Below, in pieces: positions 52,379 through 61,000 of a stretch of 64,000 bases of DNA. Both the position numbers and the translations under genes were made by a program. The notes under the pieces are model-generated. The model ran no database searches and was not told the origin of the DNA. It saw only the letters and a program-made list of their open reading frames with translations. Numbering within the stretch: the stretch's first letter is position 1; each line of letters opens with the position of its first letter. The stretch comes from an uncultured Clostridia bacterium (GTDB lineage: Bacteria > Bacillota > Clostridia > Christensenellales > Borkfalkiaceae): NCBI GenBank assembly GCA_947625555.1, contig CANQOT010000006.1, forward strand, positions 14,248 to 78,247, in the 5' to 3' direction.

Positions 52379-55225
52379 ATGCACGGACTTACGGTAAACT
52401 TCACACATCCTTGGCTACTTCTGCTCCTTATCCCCGCGGCGGTACTCACCCTATTGCCGTACTTCTTGCTATCCAAACGGTACAGGCGCACGCGCAACCG
52501 CATCATCTCCATGATCATGCACGGCGTCGCCTTGACGCTGGCGATCTTCGCCCTCTCGGGCATGACGTTCAGCTATACCATACACAACGACGAAAACGAG
52601 ATCTTGCTTCTTGTAGACGTCTCGGATACGGAGGAGAAGAACTGCGCGGCAAGCCGCGACTTGTTTGTGCAGGATCTCGTGGATTCGAGCGCATACGACG
52701 GATACCGCATCGGCATCGTGACGTTCGGCTTCGACCAGAGTTACACCGTTCCCTTCTCCACCGATCCTTCCGCGATCATGGACGCCTACTATAAGGCGGT
52801 GCAGAAGGAAGAGGGTGGGCCGGATAAGACGGCGACGAACATCGCGGGCGCCCTGCGCTATGCGACGACCCTTCTCCGCTATCCCGAATCCGCGAAGCTC
52901 GTGCTCGTGACGGACGGCATGCAGACGGACGAAAACGCCCGTTCCGTTATCCGTGCCATTGCGGCACAGGGCATCCGCGTCGATACCGTGAACATTTCCG
53001 AAAGCTACGATGACGACCACATCCGCGTGACGGGGATCGGCTTCCCCGACTATCACGTCGGCCTGAACGAGGAATTCAACCTCAACGTCGAACTTTTCAG
53101 CACGGTGAACGACAAAACGGCGACCATCGAGATCCGCGACAATGGGGTATTGATGGACGAGGCGGAACAGATCGTCGAACTCATCGGCGGTTCGCAGAGC
53201 GTCACCTTCCGCAAGTCCTTCACCGAGAGGGGGGTGCACGCGATCGAAGTGGTAGCGCGGGTCAACGGCGATACCCTCGAACAGAACAATACCTACTGTT
53301 CCTACTTCAATGTGGAAGTCTTTACCGACATCCTCATTCTTGAGCAGCAGGACCAATCCGAGCAGCTCTGCTCCATCCTCGAAGAGACGGAGGGGATCGA
53401 ATATGATATCGACGTCGTGAACATTTCGGATACTTCCAAGGTCCCTTCCACGCTCGATGCGCTCTGCCAATACGACCAGGTCATTTTGAACAACATTTCG
53501 AATGCGGACCTTCCGGCAGGGTTCGACGAGCTGCTCTATAACTACGTCTATTCCGCGGGCGGCGGCGTCTTTACGACGGGCGGCATGAAGGAGGGCGTCG
53601 CGAACGCCTACAACCGCCAAGACCTCGCGAACACGATCTACCAGCAGATCCTGCCCGTGCAGGCGATCGCCTATACGCCCCCCGTCGGGGTGGAGTTCGT
53701 CATCGACGTCTCGGGTTCCATGAGCGGCGGCGGTAAGCTCGACGCCGCGAAGGAGGGCGCCATTGCCTGCCTCGACGTGCTCACCGAGCGCGACTATGTC
53801 GGCGTCGTCACCCTTTCTTCCAGCTATGGCACCGTTCTGCAACCCACCCGCCGCACGCAGGAGCAGGTGATCAAAGATGCGATCAACTCGGTAAAGTCGC
53901 AGGGGAGCACGGTCTTCTCCAACGCGATCAAACGCGCGGGCGACGCGCTCAGATCTTTGAAGTCCTCGGGCAAGGTGGAAAACTGCCACATCATCCTCGT
54001 CACGGACGGTGCGCCGACCGAGGACGAGGACGTCTATCTCGACGTCGTGCAGCGCCTCAATCAGGAAAGCGGCATCACGATCTCCGTCGTGCTCATCGGC
54101 AGCCGCGATTCGCTCAGCAGCGCCTACGATAAGATGGTGACGCTCACGAGCGAACAATACGGCAACGGGCAATGCTATCTGGAAGAGCCCAATATGATCG
54201 CCAAAGTCATGCAGGACGATATCCGCGCGAAGCAGATCGAAGAGACCGAGCAGGTGGATTTCCACCCCGTCATCACCGATCCGCTCTCCAATCTCGCCGC
54301 AGGGCTCACGCACGAGACATTCGACGAGGAGGATAACTCCGGGCAGCTCGTCACCCATTGGCGGCTCTCCACCGTTCTCAAAGGATTTTACGGCACCCGT
54401 GCGCGTTCGAGCGCGCAGACCGTCATGACGGGCGAATACGGCGTTCCCATCTATTCGCAATGGCGGTTCGGCAGGGGCATGGTGGGAAGTTTTATGTGTG
54501 ACCTTTACGGAGAGTGGTCGGGCGAGTTCATCCGCGATGCCAACGGGAAACGCTTCATCCAGAACGTCGTCGCGGGGCTCATGCCCATCGAGAGCATCCG
54601 CTCGCAGGAGATCAAGCTCAACCTGCACGAAGAGAACTATATCAACCAGCTCGGCGTCTCCGTCTCCCTCGGGGAGGGGGATCGGGTAGAGGCACGCATC
54701 GTGCCGATCACAAGCAACGGCACCGCCGATGTGAGCGCCGCAGTCTCCCTCATCCAAAACCCCGATGAGATCTTACGCGACGACGTGTATGTGACGACCT
54801 ATTTGAGCGCAGCCAACCGCTATTCGCGCTGCGACTTCGTCATCAAGACGCCCGGCATATATCGCATCGAGATCATGCGCTACAATGCGGCAAACGAAAA
54901 GACGGCCGAAGCCTACGTCTACAAGACGCTCTCCTATTCCAAAGAATATACGGATTGGGTGGATACGGACGGCACGACGGACGGGACGAATCTGCTCAAA
55001 GAACTTGCCCAAAACGGGGGAGGAAAGGTCGTCGACTCATTCGATCCGTTTGCGGTATTCGACGGGCTCATCCCCGAGATCCACAGGACGTACGACCCGA
55101 GGATCATGTTCATGGTCATCGCCATCGTGGCGTTCCTGCTCGACATTCTCGTGAGAAAGTTCAAATTCAAATGGCCGCACGAGCTCTACCGTGAATACAA
55201 ACAGAGGAAGGAGGAAGAAAAATGA
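52379..55225 (+). CDS. BatB-like membrane protein: BatA_N + two VWA domains + beta-rich region + C-terminal TM
   Basis: 948 aa. RBS aaaggagg. N-terminus FTHPWLLLLLIPAAVLTLLPYFLL. First VWA has DVSDT; the second has a canonical MIDAS, IDVSGSMSGGGKL. C-terminal TM IMFMVIAIVAFLLDILV. Confidence 0.85.
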   Translation: MHGLTVNFTHPWLLLLLIPAAVLTLLPYFLLSKRYRRTRNRIISMIMHGVALTLAIFALSGMTFSYTIHNDENEILLLVDVSDTEEKNCAASRDLFVQDLVDSSAYDGYRIGIVTFGFDQSYTVPFSTDPSAIMDAYYKAVQKEEGGPDKTATNIAGALRYATTLLRYPESAKLVLVTDGMQTDENARSVIRAIAAQGIRVDTVNISESYDDDHIRVTGIGFPDYHVGLNEEFNLNVELFSTVNDKTATIEIRDNGVLMDEAEQIVELIGGSQSVTFRKSFTERGVHAIEVVARVNGDTLEQNNTYCSYFNVEVFTDILILEQQDQSEQLCSILEETEGIEYDIDVVNISDTSKVPSTLDALCQYDQVILNNISNADLPAGFDELLYNYVYSAGGGVFTTGGMKEGVANAYNRQDLANTIYQQILPVQAIAYTPPVGVEFVIDVSGSMSGGGKLDAAKEGAIACLDVLTERDYVGVVTLSSSYGTVLQPTRRTQEQVIKDAINSVKSQGSTVFSNAIKRAGDALRSLKSSGKVENCHIILVTDGAPTEDEDVYLDVVQRLNQESGITISVVLIGSRDSLSSAYDKMVTLTSEQYGNGQCYLEEPNMIAKVMQDDIRAKQIEETEQVDFHPVITDPLSNLAAGLTHETFDEEDNSGQLVTHWRLSTVLKGFYGTRARSSAQTVMTGEYGVPIYSQWRFGRGMVGSFMCDLYGEWSGEFIRDANGKRFIQNVVAGLMPIESIRSQEIKLNLHEENYINQLGVSVSLGEGDRVEARIVPITSNGTADVSAAVSLIQNPDEILRDDVYVTTYLSAANRYSRCDFVIKTPGIYRIEIMRYNAANEKTAEAYVYKTLSYSKEYTDWVDTDGTTDGTNLLKELAQNGGGKVVDSFDPFAVFDGLIPEIHRTYDPRIMFMVIAIVAFLLDILVRKFKFKWPHELYREYKQRKEEEK

Positions 55226-58059
55226 AAAAGATAAGTCTGATCATCTCTGCCATCCTGATCCTGACCCTCTCTTTTGCCTTTACCGGCTGCTCGCATGAGA
55301 CGCTCTCCACACCCGTCAATCTGTATGCGAACGAAGAGGAAAATCTCATTTGGTCTCCCGTAGACAACGCCCGCAGCTATGAGGTAAAGATCACCGATAT
55401 CGCGTCAGGGACCTCCTCGACGCGCAGTGCGCGCCGCCCTTCCTACGGGCTCGCGACGCTCGCCGAAGGGGACTACGATATCTGTGTGCGCGCGTGCGGT
55501 CTGCACAACGTCTATTCGGAATGGTCGCTCACCCTCTCCTTCAAAAAGGAGAAGGATATGGGCTACACCTTCATGGCGTTGAACGACGGGTCCGCGTGGG
55601 CGCTCACGTCTGCGCGCGTCTCTGCGGGGGATGTGACGATCCCGGATAACTATCGCGGCAAGCACATCATCGAGATCGCAGACGGTGCCTTCCGCAACAA
55701 CCAGCAGATCACTTCCGTTAAGTTCGGCAAATATGTGCGCGCCTTCGGAAGCCGCGTGTTCTACAACTGCATCGGGCTCAAATCGGTGGAGATCCCCAAG
55801 GAGCTCGTCCGCTTCGGCGATTCCAATTTCCAGAACTGCGCGCTGCTCGAGAGCGTCGAACTTCCCGAGACGCTCGATAGCATTCCCGACTTCACCTTCG
55901 CCTATTGCGGCTCGCTCACATCCTATACCATCTCCGAAAACGTGAAGAGCATCGGGGAATCGGCGTTCTATTACTGCTCGTCGATCAAAGAGATCGTTCT
56001 TCCCGACAGCGTGGAGACCATCGGAGAGTACGCCTTTGCGCACGACGATGCACTCGTCTCCGTCGAACTCGGCGAGGGGGTAAAGTCCATCGGTCCGACT
56101 GCGTTTTACAGCAACGAGGCCCTCACCTCGGTGACCTTCCGCGGGACATCCTACGAAGGGCTTCAGCTCGGGGATGGCGCGTTCTCGAATTGCCCCATAC
56201 TTGTGGACATCGAACTTCCCGAGGGGACGGAGAGTATCCCCGAGAGCTGTTTCGAAGGGGATACGAACCTTACGGATATCCAAATTCCCGAGAGCGTGGG
56301 CAGCGTGGGAAGCAACGCCTTCCTCGATACGCCCGCCTATGCGAATGCCGCGACGGAAGCGGTATATGTGGACGGCTGGCTCGTCTCCTACCCGCAGGAG
56401 CAGAAGGCGACGCTCTCGGAGCTTTTCCCCGACGATTTCCAAACCGGTACGGTCGGGATCGCCGAGAATGTCTTCATTTCTTGCACAGAGCTGATGCAAG
56501 TGACGATCCCGAGCAGTCTGAAATATGTCGGGCGCGCCGCCTTCGCAGCGTGCGAGAAACTATGGAAGTTTATGACGGAGGAGCATTCAAAGATCGAGAC
56601 GATCGGGGAGCTCGCTTTCTACTATTGCAGGCGGCTTTCGCAAGTCGGGTTCCGCTGCGCATCCGATGCGGGGCTCAAATCGATCGAAGACTATGCCTTC
56701 TACGGCTGCACGCCGCTCGACAACAACGCGACCGATCCCACCCTTCTCGTTCCCGAGACGGTGACCCATATCGGAGACAGGGTATTCGAAGGCACGGGGA
56801 TCACTGCAAATGCGGACATGTATGGCTTATATTACGCCGGAGACTGGGTAGTCGGCTTCGATCCCGATCGCGAAGTGAGGAACGTCACTTTGCGGGACGG
56901 CGTGACCAATGGTACGCGTGCCGTGCGCGGCATCGCCGATTATGCTTTCTATAACGATGAAGTCCTCACGACGATCGACGGGATCGCGCGCGTGCGCTAT
57001 ATCGGCGAAGATGCGTTCATGTTCTGCTCCGAGCTTCAACAGATCACCCTGAACACCAACATGACCGAGATCGCGCCCGGCGCATTCTTCCAATGTTCGC
57101 ATATGACGATCGCCGGCGGATTCCCGGAGGGGCTTACCTCCATCGGCGAGATGGCGTTCTTCCAGTGCGACAGCCTGACCCGCATCGACCTCTCCGGCAC
57201 GGAAGTCAAGGAGATCGGGTCGCTCGCATTTTTCAGCTGCGGCTCCCCCGTGCAGAACGGTCCGTCTGCATCGCCCCTCGAGATCAAACTTCCCGAAGGG
57301 CTCACCACGATCGGAGATTATGCCTTCTGCCTGTGTTCGGAAGTCTCCGTCGAGATCCCGGGATCTGTGCGGAATTTCGGCTTTGAGGCTTTCGGGGAGA
57401 GCCCGTTCCTCTCCTCGCTCACGCTACACGAGGGGCTTGAAGAGATCCCGGCGTATGCCTTCCGCAACGCGGGGATCGTCTCGCTCGAACTGCCCGATTC
57501 CCTCAAGCGCATCGGGGTTGGCGCCTTCTACCAATGCGCCGGCCTCGAAGAGATCAGCTTCGGAAACGGGCTCGAGGAGATCGACGATTACGCCTTCGCC
57601 TTTGCCCTGTCGCTCAAGTCGCTCGAACTTCCCGAAACCATCAGATCGATCGGGGACGGCGCGTTCCTCTATTGCTTGGAACTCCCTGCCGTCATCCTGC
57701 CCGAGAGCCTCGGATATCTCGGGAACAATGTCTTCTACGGCACGGATACAACGTTCTATACCGCCCTCGACGCGATGCCCGAGGCATGGAGCGCAAGATG
57801 GAACGCATCCTACCGCCCCGTCGTATGGGGGGCGGAGCTCTCCGAGGGAGGGGACTATGTCGTATCCGTTTCCGCACTTATGCTCAAGGGCGTGAAGGTG
57901 CGCGGCGGCCTGAAAGTTCCCGCACGCGCAGGCTTTGAATTCCTCGGCTGGTCGACGCAGCAGAATGCGACACAGCCCGAATATGAAGCGGGTAGCGATC
58001 TTTCCTCGCTTCCCGATGAAACCATTCTCTACGCGGTCTACGGGTCGTCGGTACAATAA
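55222..58059 (+). CDS. BspA-type LRR lipoprotein (945 aa) with N-terminal Fn3-like and C-terminal Listeria-Bacteroides repeat
   Basis: ATGA overlap with the upstream VWA gene. Lipobox LTLSFAFTGCSHE. ARSYEVKITD Fn3-like unit. LRR_5 units (IPDNYRGKHIIEIADGAF.., LPDSVETIGEYAFAH..). C-terminal GFEFLGWSTQQN. Confidence 0.88.
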   Translation: MKKISLIISAILILTLSFAFTGCSHETLSTPVNLYANEEENLIWSPVDNARSYEVKITDIASGTSSTRSARRPSYGLATLAEGDYDICVRACGLHNVYSEWSLTLSFKKEKDMGYTFMALNDGSAWALTSARVSAGDVTIPDNYRGKHIIEIADGAFRNNQQITSVKFGKYVRAFGSRVFYNCIGLKSVEIPKELVRFGDSNFQNCALLESVELPETLDSIPDFTFAYCGSLTSYTISENVKSIGESAFYYCSSIKEIVLPDSVETIGEYAFAHDDALVSVELGEGVKSIGPTAFYSNEALTSVTFRGTSYEGLQLGDGAFSNCPILVDIELPEGTESIPESCFEGDTNLTDIQIPESVGSVGSNAFLDTPAYANAATEAVYVDGWLVSYPQEQKATLSELFPDDFQTGTVGIAENVFISCTELMQVTIPSSLKYVGRAAFAACEKLWKFMTEEHSKIETIGELAFYYCRRLSQVGFRCASDAGLKSIEDYAFYGCTPLDNNATDPTLLVPETVTHIGDRVFEGTGITANADMYGLYYAGDWVVGFDPDREVRNVTLRDGVTNGTRAVRGIADYAFYNDEVLTTIDGIARVRYIGEDAFMFCSELQQITLNTNMTEIAPGAFFQCSHMTIAGGFPEGLTSIGEMAFFQCDSLTRIDLSGTEVKEIGSLAFFSCGSPVQNGPSASPLEIKLPEGLTTIGDYAFCLCSEVSVEIPGSVRNFGFEAFGESPFLSSLTLHEGLEEIPAYAFRNAGIVSLELPDSLKRIGVGAFYQCAGLEEISFGNGLEEIDDYAFAFALSLKSLELPETIRSIGDGAFLYCLELPAVILPESLGYLGNNVFYGTDTTFYTALDAMPEAWSARWNASYRPVVWGAELSEGGDYVVSVSALMLKGVKVRGGLKVPARAGFEFLGWSTQQNATQPEYEAGSDLSSLPDETILYAVYGSSVQ

Positions 58060-58076
58060 AAAGAAGGAGAACTTCT

Positions 58077-61000
58077 ATGATGAAGAGAGCAACAAGAAAC
58101 ATTTTGACTTGCATTTTGCTTGCACTCAGTGTGCTTTGCCTCGTGCTTGCGGGATGCGGATCCAAAGGTGTCAAATTCAAATTTGAGACCAACGGCGCAG
58201 ATCCCATCGATGCGATCGAGGCGAAAGCAGGCGACGAGGTGGAACTTCCCACCCCCGAATGGGAGGGGCACAGCTTCGAGGGCTGGTACGAAAATGCCGA
58301 GCTCAGCGGCAGCCCCGTGACGAAGTTCACCGCCGAAAAGAGCAAGACCTTCTACGCAAAGTGGGAACAGCTCTACGAAGTCACCCTCTCCGTGGGCGGC
58401 GGCACGCTCGCAGAGCATCCCAAGATCTGGCTGAAAGCGGGGGCGAACCTTGCGGAGGCAGTGAAGGACTATGTGCCCACCTATGCCGATCACACCTTCG
58501 GCGAATGGCTCATGAACGGGACTGCGCTCCAAGAGAGCGCCGTCATGCCCGCGGCAAACGTCACGCTCACCGCGCACTATAAGGTGAAATATACCGTTCA
58601 TGTATGGCTTCAAAACGTTGCACAAAACGGGTACGAAGCGGGCGAGGATATCACGGGATATGATTATCCCGCACAGGACTACACGCCCGAAGTCACTGTC
58701 CACGGGTTCGAAGTGGCGACCCATGAAGGGGAGAACAAGACCCACGCGCTCACGGATACGGTCGCGCAGAACGACTACACGTTCTATATGAACAGGAAGA
58801 CGATCGCGCTCACCCTCCGCACCAACTATCCCGACGGCAAAGAGGATGCGACGAAGAGCATCAGCTACGTCTTCGGGCAGGAGGTGGACCTTCCCGATCC
58901 CATGCACACCGACGAGGCGTTCCCGCTCGAGACGGAGGGCTATCTCTTCGTGGGTTGGGCAAAGAGTATCACGGGCAGCGTTGAATATGCCTCCCAATGG
59001 TTGCAGGGGCAATTCCAAAACGTGTCCGCCGAGGCGGAGAGGGATTCCTTCGCGGTGGATGCGGAGAGGCTCTATGCCGTATGGGCAGAGGGCGCAAAAG
59101 ATATCTTCGGCGGCGAGGACCTCATCTTTCACACCGAGACGGATGCGGAGCACGTAGTTATGTTGCGGCAGGGCGACTACTACAGAGGAAGCTATCGTGC
59201 CAATTCCAAGTCCTTTACATTCGATCTCGGAGGGGAAAAGACCCTGCAAGGCAAGTTCTACGATGGCACATATGCCTACTACAACGAGAACAGACAGGGG
59301 CAGTACCTCGAATATACGTCGCAGAACGGCGTCGACACAACGCGTTCCATCACCCTCGGCTTTTACAACGAGATCACATTTACCGTTCACTCGAGCATGA
59401 GCGCGACGGCTTCGGAGGGCTCCTACACCTTCGACGACGACGGGAACCTCGTGGCGTTCTTCGATGAGGGCGAGCTGGCGGGCGTTACGTGGACGATGAT
59501 GCTCGGCTATGTCACCAATTCGTCGTCGGGAACGTCCACCAGAGTGTTCTTGGTGCGCAACGAAGAGGAATATGAATACGGCCCGCTCATGCTTTGCAGC
59601 GTCTCGGGAGGAAAGCTCGGCTACTATTCCGCCATCCTCACGATGGACGGCTTCGGCAATGCCAACATTGTCTCGCAATCCATATCCGGCACCATCTCCC
59701 AAACGAACTACATCTACGTTTCGAGAGGGGATATTATCAGCCTCTACACCACGTCAAACCGCTCCCTCTATGGTACATTCAAGCACCTCACCATTGACGG
59801 CAACGAGTATTTTGCGGTCTACGAATCTTCGATCGACAATACCTTTACGGCCGCAAACGGCGAAACGCTCACCCTCGACGGGACTTTCAACGCGACCTAC
59901 ACTGCGGGCAGCACCGTGATCGATGGGTATTACGAGGCGGCCGAAAGCGTTTTCGGCGGATACATCATCACCCTTACCGAAGAGAACGGAACGCAGCATC
60001 TCTTCCGCATCTATACGGGGACCCGGGAAGTCACGGATCCGGGGACGGGCAGACCGACGACGCAGAGGACCTATCTCCTCGAAGTCAAAGATCAAGCATA
60101 TAAGGAATACATCTACAACAACGAGGAAAACAACTACCGTTCGCCCCTTCTCGTCATCGAAGACGCGAAGAACGCCTCCCTCTACGGCTACACCCGCCAA
60201 GGGGTCTATGTCAAGGTCGCCGAGGGTGAATACAGTTACAGCGCAACGACGGGCAACTACACCTTCACCGTCAAGACACCCATCGCGACGGAGGAAGATC
60301 TCTTCCGCGAGCCCATCGATGTGACGCTGGTGGAATCCTTCGTCTACTCGGTCGGCGTCGCCTCCGGCATGGACGTGACCTATTGGCACTCCGTGACCTA
60401 TCGAGAGGAAGAACCCACAAACTTCGAAAAGAAATACACGAACGCAGACGGCGGCACGCTCTATCTCGTCGGCGGGTTTGCGATCTACAAGGCGGCGGAT
60501 GCCGCCGAGAGCGTGACGAGCGTCTTTACGGAAGTGAACGGCTACGAGAACACCATCCGCATCACCGTCGGTGAAAGCTATGTCTACTTCGAGCTCACCG
60601 AGGGCGCGGAGGGCGCGGCAGGCACTTATGCCATCCTCGAGAAGCTGCTCGGCGGTGCGACGGAACGCCTTGCCGACGGCACGTCGAACAGAAGCGTCAC
60701 CTTCACCTTCGACGGCAAGGGCGGCGCAACGCTTACGACGGCGCAGAGCGAAGGCGATCCCGTTGTCGTGGAAGGCAGCTACGAAGAGACCGACGCGACG
60801 AAGTTCGAGACGAAAGTCTATCACTTCACGCCGAAGGATGGCACGGATGGCTTTGATTTCATCCTGCTCTCCTCTTCCTCCGCGACCTATTTCGCCCGGT
60901 TCAATCGGGATGTTGCGCTTGAGCTCACCTCCGCGGAAGACGGCGGCAAACTCACCCTCGACGGCTATTCCTACATGGCGGAATACACCCTTCCCGAAGG

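Noticed and set aside
48442-55225. Whether the MoxR + VWA genes form a MoxR-vWA type NTPase conflict or defence system, as some comparative-genomic studies propose for other MoxR-vWA pairs.
   Set aside because: The partners here are the DUF58/BatA_N membrane type. I recognised no nuclease, protease, TIR, caspase-like or other effector domains, and no obvious immunity-island neighbours. It is kept only as a minor alternative to the envelope-machine interpretation.
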